A stretch of DNA of 64,000 bases, from assembly GCA_038231275.1 (NCBI GenBank), contig JBBRLQ010000024.1, positions 1-64,000 of the forward strand. The letters run 5' to 3'. The DNA is from Polyangiales bacterium (GTDB taxonomy: Bacteria; Myxococcota_A; Polyangia; Polyangiales; Polyangiaceae). Below the pieces are notes generated by a model, which worked only from the letters and a program-made list of their open reading frames with translations, did no database searches and was not told where the DNA came from. The translations under genes were made by a program, and so were the position numbers. Within the stretch, counting starts at the first letter, position 1, and each line of letters begins with the position of its first letter. Positions 1-9,330 of the stretch are shown here, piece after piece.

Positions 1-73
1 GCGGGACGTTCGACGGCGGAGGAGGGGGGACGGAGACCGTCATCTCACCGGGAAGATATCAGATCGGTTGCCG

Positions 74-1444
74 CTAGTTACCTTTGGCGTCGCCGATGCC
101 GTGGCGCCGCAGGTACCCGCGCACGTGCGCGCGCTCCATCGCGGCGCGACGACCGATCTCGCTCACGTTGCCCGCGCACTCGGCGTACAGCGCCGTGAAG
201 TACTCGCGCTCGAAGCGGGCGAGGACGTCACGCTTCGCGTCCTGGAAGGTGCGGCCGCGCGTCGGCGTCGACTCGCTGGCCTGCGCGAGCGGCGCGAGGT
301 GCTGCGCGAGGTCGATCGGCCCGTCCTTCGCGAAGGCCATCGCGACGGCGACGACGTTGCGGAGCTCGCGCACGTTGCCGGGCCAGTCGTGGCGCATGAG
401 GCGCTCGAGCGAGTCGCTCGTGACGCGCGCGTAGGCGCTCTTGTCGCCGAGGTCCGTCATCATGCGGCGCGCGAGAGAGGGGATGTCTTCGAGGCGGGCG
501 CGCAGCGGCGGGAGCTCGACCCGGAACTGCGCGACGCGGAAGTACAAGTCGCTTCTGAACGTGCCGGCGTTGACCTCGCGCACGAGATCGCGGCGCGTCG
601 CGGCGATGACGCGGACGTTGACGGGGCGGTAGTTGTTCGAGCCGACCGACTTGATGCGCTGCTCGGCGAGAGCCCGGAGGAGCTTGGGCTGGACGTCGAG
701 CGGGAGCTCTCCGAGCTCGTCCAAGAAGATGGTGCCGCCGTCGGCCTCGACGAAGGGCGAAACGCGCTTGTCGACCGCGCCCGTGAAGCTTCCGCGCTCG
801 TGGCCGAAGAGGGCGCTCTCGGCGAGGGTCGCGGGGATGGCGCCGCAGTCGACGACGACGAAGGGCTTGTTCGCGCGGGGGCTCGCGCTGTGGATGGCGG
901 CGGCGACGAGCTCTTTGCCGCAGCCGGTCTCGCCGGTGACGAGGACGGTGAGCTCGGTGGGCGACGCCTTTGCGAGCTTCTCGAAGACGCTCCGCATGAG
1001 CGGGCTCGCGCCGACGAGCGGCCCGAACTCGGCGACGTCCGGGACGTTCACCTGCTCGGGCGTCGTCGGCGCGAACTCCATGACGGAGTCGCCGACGGTG
1101 ATGTTCGTGGGCTTCAGCAGGAAGACCTCGCCGATGCGGGTCTCGCCGAGGAACGTGCCGTTTCGCGACCCGAGATCGCGCACGCGGACGCCGCGCTCGG
1201 TGGCGACCAGCTCCATGTGGACGGCGCTCACCTTCCGGTCGTCGAGCACGAGGTCGCACGCCTCGTTGCGGCCGACGACCTGGGTGTCGGCGCCGATCTC
1301 GAGAGAGGTCTTGTTTCCCTTGCCCTTGATGACGGACAGAGACCCGCCGCGAACCTCGAGCTTGCCCTTCGCGACGATAGTAGAATCCACGAGTTGCGGT
1401 TTTAGCACACTCAGGCCCAAGCCCTGCAAGAACTGAATTCCCAT
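74..1444 (-). CDS. FHA-domain sigma54-dependent transcriptional activator (FHA + AAA+ + HTH)
   Basis: FHA motifs (VGRNEACD, VSAVH, DLGSRNGTF), Walker A GETGCGKE, GSFTGA (GAFTGA variant), Walker B FLDELGE, WPGNVRELRN, C-terminal HTH. Start codon uncertain. Confidence 0.93.
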   Translation of the reverse strand: MGIQFLQGLGLSVLKPQLVDSTIVAKGKLEVRGGSLSVIKGKGNKTSLEIGADTQVVGRNEACDLVLDDRKVSAVHMELVATERGVRVRDLGSRNGTFLGETRIGEVFLLKPTNITVGDSVMEFAPTTPEQVNVPDVAEFGPLVGASPLMRSVFEKLAKASPTELTVLVTGETGCGKELVAAAIHSASPRANKPFVVVDCGAIPATLAESALFGHERGSFTGAVDKRVSPFVEADGGTIFLDELGELPLDVQPKLLRALAEQRIKSVGSNNYRPVNVRVIAATRRDLVREVNAGTFRSDLYFRVAQFRVELPPLRARLEDIPSLARRMMTDLGDKSAYARVTSDSLERLMRHDWPGNVRELRNVVAVAMAFAKDGPIDLAQHLAPLAQASESTPTRGRTFQDAKRDVLARFEREYFTALYAECAGNVSEIGRRAAMERAHVRGYLRRHGIGDAKGN

Positions 1445-1490
1445 GCGGGCCTTAGGAGCGCAAAAGAAGCGCGGAGGGCGTGTTCTTGGT

Positions 1491-1506
1491 AGGCTTCAGG
1501 CTTGCT
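1491..1506 (+). promoter_or_regulatory. Candidate sigma54 -24/-12 promoter
   Basis: AGGCTTCAGGCTTGCT has GG-N10-GC with a TTGCT -12 box, 35 nt upstream of ATG 1542 and divergent from a sigma54 activator gene; the -24 match is imperfect. Confidence 0.35.
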
Positions 1507-1541
1507 CGGTCCGTGGGGACCGGGAGAAGGAGTTCCTTGCC

Positions 1542-2351
1542 ATGATGATCCGAGGTCTTTGTTTCGGGGCTACCGTGCTCGTTTTGATCGGCGCCGCGAG
1601 CGGCGGCTGCAGCAGTGACAGCAGCAACAGCAGCAGCAGCGGCGGAAGTAGCGGCACGTCCGGCGCCAGCGGGACCTCCGGGACCAGCGGCACGTCCGGC
1701 ACCAGCGGTACGTCCGGCACCAGCGGCACCAGCGGTACGTCCGGGACCAGCGGCACGTCCGGCACCAGCGGTACGTCCGGCACCAGCGGCTCGTCGGGGA
1801 GCAGCGGCTCGTCCGGCAGCAGCGGCTCGAGCGGCGACGCGGGCCAGGACTCCGGCGGCACGCCCACTTGCGCGGCCTATTGCGCGTCGATCGCGACGAA
1901 CTGCACCACGGCCAACGCGCAATACCTGACCAACGACAACTGCAAGGCCATGTGCGCGAAGCTTCCCGTCGGGACCGCAGCCGATCAAGGCGGCGACACC
2001 CTCGGATGCCGCACGTACCACGCAGGCGCCGCGGCCTCGAACGCGACGCTGCACTGCCCGCACGCCGGCCCCTGGGGCAACCTCGTCTGCGGCGACGCCG
2101 CGGGCAAAGAGTGCGACACCTTCTGCGAGCTCGACCTCGCGTTTTGCACCGGCGCGGACGCGGCGTACGCCGATCTCGCGACCTGCAAGACGGCCTGCGT
2201 GGCCTGGGCGCGTTCCGCGAACCGCGTCAACGCGGCGCAGCCGACGTCTGGCGACACGTACGATTGCCGTGCGTGGCACCTCATGAACGCCGTCGCGACG
2301 CCGGGAACGCACTGCAAGCATACGAAGGTTCAGAGCGCAGCTTGCCAGTGA
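1542..2351 (+). CDS. Cys/His-rich lipoprotein with Gly-Thr-Ser repeat linker and two copies of an 8-Cys domain
   Basis: RBS AGGAG at 1528-1532, ATG 1542, signal peptide with lipobox-like SGGC, (GTS)n linker, repeated CxxYC...CRxYH...HCxH...C module. Confidence 0.85.
   Translation: MMIRGLCFGATVLVLIGAASGGCSSDSSNSSSSGGSSGTSGASGTSGTSGTSGTSGTSGTSGTSGTSGTSGTSGTSGTSGTSGSSGSSGSSGSSGSSGDAGQDSGGTPTCAAYCASIATNCTTANAQYLTNDNCKAMCAKLPVGTAADQGGDTLGCRTYHAGAAASNATLHCPHAGPWGNLVCGDAAGKECDTFCELDLAFCTGADAAYADLATCKTACVAWARSANRVNAAQPTSGDTYDCRAWHLMNAVATPGTHCKHTKVQSAACQ
1650..1833 (+). repeat. In-frame degenerate 9/18-bp tandem repeat encoding (SGT)n then (SGS)n
   Basis: Units such as ACCAGCGGC and ACGTCCGGC alternate; translation is SGTSGASGTSGT...SGSSGSSG. 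Confidence 0.9.
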
Positions 2352-2369
2352 GGTAAGCGCCGGCGAGCG

Positions 2370-3059
2370 ATGCGATCGGTTCGTTTCTTCGTCCTGGGAG
2401 GCGCCCTCGCCTCCTTCGGCGCCGCCGCGTGGCTCGGTTGCTCGTCCTCGAGCAGCCCGGCCGACGCGGTGGACGCCGGGCAGGACACGTCGCTGCCGGA
2501 TACGAGTCCCGGCGTCGACGTTGTGACGACGAACGACGCGCCGCCGCCGGACACGACTGTGATCTCGTGTGACAACTACTGCGCGCGCGTCCTCGCCAAT
2601 TGTGCCGGGGACGCCGCCCAGTACGTCGATTTGCCGACGTGCCTCGCGATGTGCAAAGACCTCCCGCTCGGCGTCGCGGGCGACACGGCGGGAAACACCG
2701 TGGCGTGCCGCATGTACCACGCAGGCGCGCTCGCGAAGCAGTCGCCAGGGTTTCATTGCAAGCACGCAGGTCCATACGGCGGCGCCGTATGCGGCACCCG
2801 ATGCGCGGCTTTTTGTACGTTCGCTGGCGCGCAGTGCCCGACGGCCTTCACCGACGCGGGCTCGTGCGACGCGAGCTGCGGGACTGCCTTCGACTACTCA
2901 CCCGGCGCGGGGGAGACGCCGCAAACGCCGACCGCCGGCGACACGCTGAACTGCCGCGAATATCACCTCGAGCAGGCGTTCATCGATCAAGCGACCCACT
3001 GCGCGCACGTCGGCCGAACGCCGGCCGCGGACTCGGGCATCACGTTCCCCTGCCGCTAG
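2370..3059 (+). CDS. Cys/His-rich lipoprotein, paralogue of the upstream gene
   Basis: Signal peptide with WLGC lipobox; the same two-domain Cys pattern (CDNYC...GNTVACRMYH...HCKHAGPYGG; GDTLNCREYH...HCAH). Confidence 0.85.
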   Translation: MRSVRFFVLGGALASFGAAAWLGCSSSSSPADAVDAGQDTSLPDTSPGVDVVTTNDAPPPDTTVISCDNYCARVLANCAGDAAQYVDLPTCLAMCKDLPLGVAGDTAGNTVACRMYHAGALAKQSPGFHCKHAGPYGGAVCGTRCAAFCTFAGAQCPTAFTDAGSCDASCGTAFDYSPGAGETPQTPTAGDTLNCREYHLEQAFIDQATHCAHVGRTPAADSGITFPCR

Positions 3060-3100
3060 CGTGACCGCAGCAACGTTGCGGCGCGCGCGCGTGGCTCTCA

Positions 3101-3880
3101 TCACGAGCCTCTGCCGAGGACCCGATCGAGCGAGAGGTCGACCTTGCTCGTGAGGAGACCGAGCATCTCGTCGAGATCAGCGTCGCTCGCGTCGAGACGG
3201 TGCCGGAGCGCCTTTCGGACATGGGCCGCGAGCGATTCGCGGGCGTCGGCGAGGCGCCGCGCGACGGTCGCCCGATGCACGCCGTAGATGGCCGCGATTT
3301 GATCAATCGTGAGACCGTCGAGCAGCACGTAGCGAAGCAGATTTCTCTCGCGCGTCGTGAGCTCGCGCGCCGCGGCGTCGAGTGAGTCCTTGAACGTCGC
3401 GCGATACGCGCGCTTCTCCAGGTCCCCCTCGGGATCGCCCGGCAGCGCGTGCCCTTCGAGCAGCTCGACGCCGAGGCTGCGCTCCCGCCGAGTGCCGCGC
3501 GCCAAATCGAGGATCAGGCGCGTCGCCGTGATCCGCGTCCACGCGCGCAGGCTGCCACGGCCACGGTAGCGCGCGATGGCCGGCTCGCCGTCGCGCGAGA
3601 CGAAGAGCTTCTCGCGGAAGCGCTGCTTGGCCTCGTCGATCGCGACGCCGCGCGGCGAGACGGCCCGCCACGCCGCGGCGACCTCGCGCCCGTACTCTTC
3701 CTCGAACGCGGCGACCGCGCCCGCTTTCCCCGCGTGGCACGCCCACGCCAGAAAGAGCTCCTCTTCGTGCTCGGGATGCTCCGCCTCGCCGCGCGCTGCG
3801 AGCGTCGCCGCGAACGCATCGCGATCGCCCTGCCCGAGCGTGGAGAGGAAGGCGCGTAGGGCGGTCGTGTCGTCGGGCAC
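3101..3880 (-). CDS. ECF-like sigma-70 family factor (myxobacterial, kinase-associated type)
   Basis: Region-2-like YRGRGSLRAWTRITATRLILD; region-4 HTH LTTRERNLL...GLTIDQIAAIYGVHRATVARRLADAR; GTG start. Confidence 0.8.
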   Translation of the reverse strand: MPDDTTALRAFLSTLGQGDRDAFAATLAARGEAEHPEHEEELFLAWACHAGKAGAVAAFEEEYGREVAAAWRAVSPRGVAIDEAKQRFREKLFVSRDGEPAIARYRGRGSLRAWTRITATRLILDLARGTRRERSLGVELLEGHALPGDPEGDLEKRAYRATFKDSLDAAARELTTRERNLLRYVLLDGLTIDQIAAIYGVHRATVARRLADARESLAAHVRKALRHRLDASDADLDEMLGLLTSKVDLSLDRVLGRGS

Positions 3881-3913
3881 GTTCGTGCAGCCGTGAGGCT
3901 ATCATGCGAACGC

Positions 3914-6637
3914 ATGGACTGCCCGGACGACGATCTGCTCGTAGCGCTCTTCGAAGGGAGGATCGGGGCGACCGAGCGCGACGCCGTCGAGGATCACCTC
4001 GACGCGTGCGACGCGTGCCGTGTTCTCGTGGCTTCCGTCGCGCGCGCCGAAGCGGGGGTGGCGGGGGAAGAGACGCCGGCGATGGCGGCCGGGCGCACGC
4101 CCAGCAGCCGCTACGAGCTGCGATCGGTCCTCGGCAGCGGCGGCATGGGCGTCGTCTACGCGGCGTTCGATCCGATCCTCGGACGGGAGGTCGCCATCAA
4201 GCTGATCAAGCTGATCAAGCCCGATGGCGATACGGCCACGGGCGCGAGCGGGACCGACGAAGCCCGCATCCTGCGCGAGGCGCGCGCGCTCGCACGCGTG
4301 ACGCACCCCAACGTCCTGTCGGTATTCGACGCGGGGGTGATGGGCGGGCAGGTGTTCCTCGCGATGGAGCGGATCCACGGGATGACGTTGCGGGCCTGGT
4401 CGAAGAAGGCGAACGCGCCGTGGGAGCGAGCGCTGCGTGTGCTCGTTGCCGCCGGCAAAGGGCTCGCCGCCGCGCACGACGCCGGCCTCGTCCACCGAGA
4501 TTTCAAGCCGGACAACGTGCTCGTCGGCGCCGGGGATCGCGTCCTCGTCGCCGACTTCGGTCTCACCCGCCAACGCACCGACGGAGCCGCGACGGGCGTG
4601 GCTACGCCGCAATCTGGCGCATCCGACGCCGTCACGCAGGCGGGCGCCATTCCGGGGACGCTCGCGTACATGGCGCCGGAGGTCCTCGCGGGCGCGCCGT
4701 CCGACGCCCGCAGCGACATTTATGCGTTCGGGGTCACGGCGCACGAGGTGCTCTTCGGAGAACGCCCCCGCGCGGACGATGCGCCCACCAACGCCGGCGC
4801 CGTCCCGCCTCTCGTCCGCGCGATCCTCTTGCGCACGCGGAGCACCGCGCCTGACGCTCGACCGAGCTCGATGCACGACGTGGTGGCCGAGCTCGAAAGG
4901 GCGATGGCGCCCGCGCGTCGCACGCCGATGAGGCGCAGACTATTTGGCGCGCTCGCCGTCGGGATCGGCGTGGCAGCCCTGGGGTTGGCGTCGCGCAGCG
5001 GGCCGCCCCCGCGCGCGGCGGCCCCGTCGATCGCTTCGGCGCCGCCGCGCCGGAGCGCGACCATGATCGATTTCGCCGCGGAGGTCACCGGAGCGCCGCC
5101 CGCCGTCGCCGCGTACCGCGCGGGCCTCGAATCGCTGCGAGGCGCGTCGAACCTCCTGGCGATCGCCGAGCTGGATCGCGCGCTCGTGCTCGATCCGTCC
5201 ATCGGCGCGGCCCACGTGCGGCTCGTTTATTTCGCCTCCGCGTCCCCCGACGCCGAAGAGATCCGTGCACACTACAAGGCCGCGCTCGATCGCCGCGCAG
5301 GCCTCTCGGCGCGAGATCGAGAGCTCCTCTTCGCGCTCGAGCCCCTCGCGCGCGCTCCTCCCGACAACGCGGAGCGTGCGCGGCGTATGGAGGCGCTCGC
5401 GCGCGAGCGCCCCGGCGATGCCGAGATGCAATGGTACCTCGGCCAAGCCCTCCTCGACCAAGGCGAGAGCGCACGCGCCGTCGACGCGTTCGACGCGGCG
5501 CTCGAGATCGATCCGGAGTTCGCGCTCGCGTACTGGGGAAAGGGACAAGCGTTGCGCTACGCGGCGGGTGCCGCTGCAGCGATCCGCGAGCTCGACCTGT
5601 GCGTCGCCGTCTCTCCGACCGCGGCGAGCTGCCTCCGCGTTCGCGGCGCCATCCTGGCGCAGCTCGGGAAGTGCGACGAGCTCCTGCGCGACGCGACGCG
5701 AGCCGTCGCCGTCGAGCCGGGCGGCGAGGGAGCGTACGCCATGCTCGCGCGCGCGCTGGGCGCCAACGGAGCGTCGGAGATCGCGATCGAGCAAGCCCTC
5801 CAGCAGCGCTGGGCCCTCCTGTCGGAGAATCGACGCGCCGTTACCGAGCGGCGTGATCGAATACGTCTCGCGATCCTCTTCGGCGACTTCGAGAAGGCGG
5901 AGCGCCTCGCCGACGAGCTGGAGGGCGTCCTCGCGGGCGTCTCGGCCGAACGCGCGCACGCCGAAGTGACCACGTGGCGGTTCGACGTCGCGGCCGAGAC
6001 GGGCGACGTAGCGCGCGCAAGCAAGGTCGCCGCGGAGTTTCTGGAGCGGCGCGCGGCATGGAGCAGTCCGATCGGTGACGATCCCGAGGATCTCGCGCTT
6101 AGCCCCATCGCGCACGCGTGGAAGCTCGCGGTCGGGAGCGGTGCGCTGAAACCCGAGGAGGCGTCGCGCGCGCGGGACGCGTGGACCGCCGACTGGCGCC
6201 GCCGTCTCTCGCCGCGAGACCAGCGCTACTTGTGGTTCGTCACGCACGCCCTCGTCGCAGAGACCGCCGACGAGGCCGCCGCTGCGCTTCGCGCCATGCC
6301 GGCCTTCGACGTACCGACCGTCGATACGGGGACGTTCGACAGCGGCGTGCTCGATCTCGCGCGGGGGACGGTCGAGGCGCTCGTCGGCCACACCGACGTG
6401 GCGGTTCCGCTGCTGCGCCGCGGCGCGTCGGCGTGCATCGCCCTGGAGGTGCCGGCGCTGCAGACCCGCGGCCTGCTGACCTTGGGAGGCGCGCTGGAGA
6501 AGATGGGGAACCTCGGCGGCGCGTGCGACGCCTACGGCAGCGTCGTTGCGCGCTGGGGTCGCGCGCGCCCGCGAAGTCGCTCCGCAGACGCCGCGCGGGC
6601 CCGCCGCACCAAGTTGGGGTGCAAGGCGAACGACTAG
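3914..6637 (+). CDS. Ser/Thr protein kinase with N-terminal zf-HC2-like motif, central hydrophobic segment and C-terminal TPRs
   Basis: MDCP...HLDACDAC; LGSGGMGVVY, VAIK, HRDFKPDN, DFG, YMAPE; hydrophobic stretch LFGALAVGIGVAALGL; TPR-like helices. Confidence 0.93.
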   Translation: MDCPDDDLLVALFEGRIGATERDAVEDHLDACDACRVLVASVARAEAGVAGEETPAMAAGRTPSSRYELRSVLGSGGMGVVYAAFDPILGREVAIKLIKLIKPDGDTATGASGTDEARILREARALARVTHPNVLSVFDAGVMGGQVFLAMERIHGMTLRAWSKKANAPWERALRVLVAAGKGLAAAHDAGLVHRDFKPDNVLVGAGDRVLVADFGLTRQRTDGAATGVATPQSGASDAVTQAGAIPGTLAYMAPEVLAGAPSDARSDIYAFGVTAHEVLFGERPRADDAPTNAGAVPPLVRAILLRTRSTAPDARPSSMHDVVAELERAMAPARRTPMRRRLFGALAVGIGVAALGLASRSGPPPRAAAPSIASAPPRRSATMIDFAAEVTGAPPAVAAYRAGLESLRGASNLLAIAELDRALVLDPSIGAAHVRLVYFASASPDAEEIRAHYKAALDRRAGLSARDRELLFALEPLARAPPDNAERARRMEALARERPGDAEMQWYLGQALLDQGESARAVDAFDAALEIDPEFALAYWGKGQALRYAAGAAAAIRELDLCVAVSPTAASCLRVRGAILAQLGKCDELLRDATRAVAVEPGGEGAYAMLARALGANGASEIAIEQALQQRWALLSENRRAVTERRDRIRLAILFGDFEKAERLADELEGVLAGVSAERAHAEVTTWRFDVAAETGDVARASKVAAEFLERRAAWSSPIGDDPEDLALSPIAHAWKLAVGSGALKPEEASRARDAWTADWRRRLSPRDQRYLWFVTHALVAETADEAAAALRAMPAFDVPTVDTGTFDSGVLDLARGTVEALVGHTDVAVPLLRRGASACIALEVPALQTRGLLTLGGALEKMGNLGGACDAYGSVVARWGRARPRSRSADAARARRTKLGCKAND

Positions 6638-6666
6638 GCCATTTTTCTCGACGAATTCGCGAATTT

Positions 6667-6692
6667 TGCGACCCTTCGCGGCCGCCTTCGTC
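6667..6692 (+). promoter_or_regulatory. Candidate ECF promoter TGCGACC-N15-CGTC
   Basis: Lies between the kinase stop and the aminopeptidase RBS (AGGAGG); a similar motif occurs at 39614-39640. Confidence 0.35.
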
Positions 6693-6715
6693 CTTGCCCT
6701 CGCAGGAGGTCTCCC

Positions 6716-9313
6716 GTGAAGACGTGCGTTTCTTTGGTTCCTGGGTTGTCGCTCGTGTCGCTCGTGTCGCTCGTGTCGCTCGTGTCGCTCGTTGCGTGCT
6801 CGGGCTCGACCACCGATGGCGATCCCGGCCAGCCGATCGTGGGGGTCGACGGCGGCGGAGACGTCGACCTCGCGTCGGACGGCGGCAGTCCCTCCCGTGA
6901 CGGCGCTGCGGACGGCGAGAAGCAAGGCGACGCGCAAGACGGACAAGACTTGAGCTCCGACCTCGACGTCGAGCGGTACGATCTCAAGGGCACGTTCGAC
7001 TGGGCGGCGCTCGAGCTCGCGGCCACCGTACGCGTGACGCTCACGCCCAAGAACCAAAAGGTCGCCGCGCTCGTCCTGTCGAGCACGGTGACGGTGAGCG
7101 ACGTCGCGACGGCGTCCGGCAAACCCCTCCCGTTCACGACCGACGCGAACCTCGGGACGATCACGATCACGCTCTCCGACCTTGCGCGGACCGCCGAGGG
7201 CCGCACGGTCGTCGACGTTCATTACCGCGCTCCGGCCGCGGGAAACTTGCGGGCGTACGCGCCGCGGCTCGGAGATCCGAGTCAGGCCCCCGTCGTCTAC
7301 ACGTACTCCGAGCCACTCGGCGTCGCCTCATGGATGCCGTGCCACAACGTCCCGAGCGATCGCGCCGTCTTCTCCGCCGAAATGACGATGCCAGAAGCGC
7401 AGGTCCTCGTGGCGAACGGCGACAAGAAGAGCGACGTGGTGAGCGCCGGCACGCGTGTCGTGCGCTACGAGACGGCGTACACCCTGCCGCCGTACCTGAT
7501 GGCGTTCGCGATGGGAGGGCTCGAGGTCGAGTCGGGCGCGCATGGCGCGCTCCCCCTCGCGGTGTGGCACCGCCCCGGAGTCGCCGGAGACTACGCGGGC
7601 GTGCTCGCGCAGCTCGATCGGCTCGTGGGACTCGACGAGACGCTGCTGGCGACGCCTTACCCGTTCGAAAAATACGCCCTCGTGCTCTTGCCGGACCTGC
7701 CCGGCGGCGTGGAGCACGCGGGGATCACGTTCCAAGGGGAGACGTTCTCCGCGCAGCCTTCCGCGGGCGATCTCGCCGTGCTCGGCCATGAGCTCGGCCA
7801 CCAATGGTTCGGAGACTTGGTCACCGTGCGCACGTGGGACGATCTCTGGTTCAAGGAGGGAATGGCGACGCTCCTGCAAGAGGAGGCGCTCCGGGGCCGC
7901 GAGGACGAGAGTCAGCAGGGGACGCTGCAGGGCGACCAATGGAACCTGAACGACGGCGAGGCGATCGTCGATCCCGCGCTCGCGCCCGGCGAAAAGTACA
8001 CGACGGGGCCCTACGATCGCGCGGCGTGGCTCCTCGAGCAGATCCGTCACGCCGTGGGCGAGGCCGTGTTCTGGAAGACGCTGCACGACGTCCTCGCGGC
8101 GCATCGCATGGATTCGATCGACACCGACACGTTCGTCGGGGCGTTCTCGGGCGCGCTCGGCGCGACGGCGACGGCGGCGGTAAAGCGGGCGGTCGTCGCC
8201 AAGAAAATTCCGTCGCTCGATCTCGTCGCGCTCCCCGATGGCACGGTCCGCGCGACGCTGCACGATCCGGACGGGGCGCTCGTCGCGCCGATGGAGATCG
8301 CGTGGATCGGCGCGGCCGGGGCGCGGCGGATGCAGACCCTGGCGGTCGAGGCGCCGCTCGTCCTCGCGCCGGTTGGCGGCGAGCTGCTCGTCGAAGACCC
8401 GAGCGACGTGCAGCCGGGATGGACGGTGATCGCGCCCACGGGATCCGCCGATGCGTTCGCGCGGCTCGCGGGGTGGCGGATCGCGCCGCGCGCGGCCTTC
8501 GACGCGCTGGCAGGCGTGCATCAGCGCGCTCCCATGCTCGAGCAGAGCGCTCTGCCGGCAGCGGTCACGCCGGCGACCTTCGCGTCGTTCGTGCCCGCGC
8601 TCCACGCCGAATCGGCGAAGGCCGTCGCCGTCGCCGCCGCGTGTGCAGCGGGTGCGAGTGACGCGAGCTGGGCGCCGACGCTGTCCGACTGGCTGGCGCG
8701 GGAGCCCGCGTATGGCGGGCTCGGATACGTCGGGGCGTACTACGGCTGCGAGTCGGCGGTCGCCCTCGACCAGGTGTTCGCCGCCGATTTCGCGAAGCTC
8801 TCGGCCGGCCTCGCCTCGCCAACCCTGACCGAGCCGCGCGTCGCCTACCTCGCGCGCTTCCTCTTGCCGGAGGCCCGCGCGCGCGCCGTGTGGGGCCCGG
8901 TCGCCAAAGGCGCGTACTCGATCCGTGGGCGGCGCGTCGCCACGTCGTACCTCGCGAACTACCTCGGACGCGGCCAGACGATCGGTGCCGCCGCGCTGCC
9001 GCAATGGCGGGCACTGTTCGAGCAAATCGCCGAGGGCAGCGCGGTCTCCGAGGTGCTCGGCAACACCATCTCTGGAATGTTGAGCGTCGCCGGGCCGACG
9101 GCGGCGGACAATGCCGGAGCGCGTCAGACCCTCGCCCACGTCGTCCACCGTCGTGCCGCGCGCTCGGTGCATTTCGACGCGGTGTGCGCGGCGCACGCGA
9201 TGGCCGCAGGCGACGCGGCGGCGTGGTCCGCGTGGAAGGCGCTCGTCGCAGACGCGACGCTCAGCGCGTCCGCGCAAGCTGCCCTCACGAACCCGGCGAT
9301 CTGCGGCGGCTAG
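6716..9313 (+). CDS. M1-family aminopeptidase, lipoprotein
   Basis: LVAC lipobox; GGVEH (GxMEN variant), HELGH...WFKEG (HEXXH-X18-E), downstream Tyr in GPYDR; AGGAGG RBS. Confidence 0.92.
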   Translation: MKTCVSLVPGLSLVSLVSLVSLVSLVACSGSTTDGDPGQPIVGVDGGGDVDLASDGGSPSRDGAADGEKQGDAQDGQDLSSDLDVERYDLKGTFDWAALELAATVRVTLTPKNQKVAALVLSSTVTVSDVATASGKPLPFTTDANLGTITITLSDLARTAEGRTVVDVHYRAPAAGNLRAYAPRLGDPSQAPVVYTYSEPLGVASWMPCHNVPSDRAVFSAEMTMPEAQVLVANGDKKSDVVSAGTRVVRYETAYTLPPYLMAFAMGGLEVESGAHGALPLAVWHRPGVAGDYAGVLAQLDRLVGLDETLLATPYPFEKYALVLLPDLPGGVEHAGITFQGETFSAQPSAGDLAVLGHELGHQWFGDLVTVRTWDDLWFKEGMATLLQEEALRGREDESQQGTLQGDQWNLNDGEAIVDPALAPGEKYTTGPYDRAAWLLEQIRHAVGEAVFWKTLHDVLAAHRMDSIDTDTFVGAFSGALGATATAAVKRAVVAKKIPSLDLVALPDGTVRATLHDPDGALVAPMEIAWIGAAGARRMQTLAVEAPLVLAPVGGELLVEDPSDVQPGWTVIAPTGSADAFARLAGWRIAPRAAFDALAGVHQRAPMLEQSALPAAVTPATFASFVPALHAESAKAVAVAAACAAGASDASWAPTLSDWLAREPAYGGLGYVGAYYGCESAVALDQVFAADFAKLSAGLASPTLTEPRVAYLARFLLPEARARAVWGPVAKGAYSIRGRRVATSYLANYLGRGQTIGAAALPQWRALFEQIAEGSAVSEVLGNTISGMLSVAGPTAADNAGARQTLAHVVHRRAARSVHFDAVCAAHAMAAGDAAAWSAWKALVADATLSASAQAALTNPAICGG
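6747..6791 (+). repeat. Perfect 9-bp tandem repeat (TGTCGCTCG)x5 in the signal peptide
   Basis: Read directly; encodes (SLV)5. Confidence 0.95.
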
Positions 9314-9330
9314 GCAGAGAGCCCAGGTCG

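Noticed and set aside
1650..1833. Repeat arrays here and at 6747-6791 and 33160-33236 considered as CRISPR
   Set aside because: No unique spacers, unit lengths are multiples of 3 within coding frames, and no cas genes.
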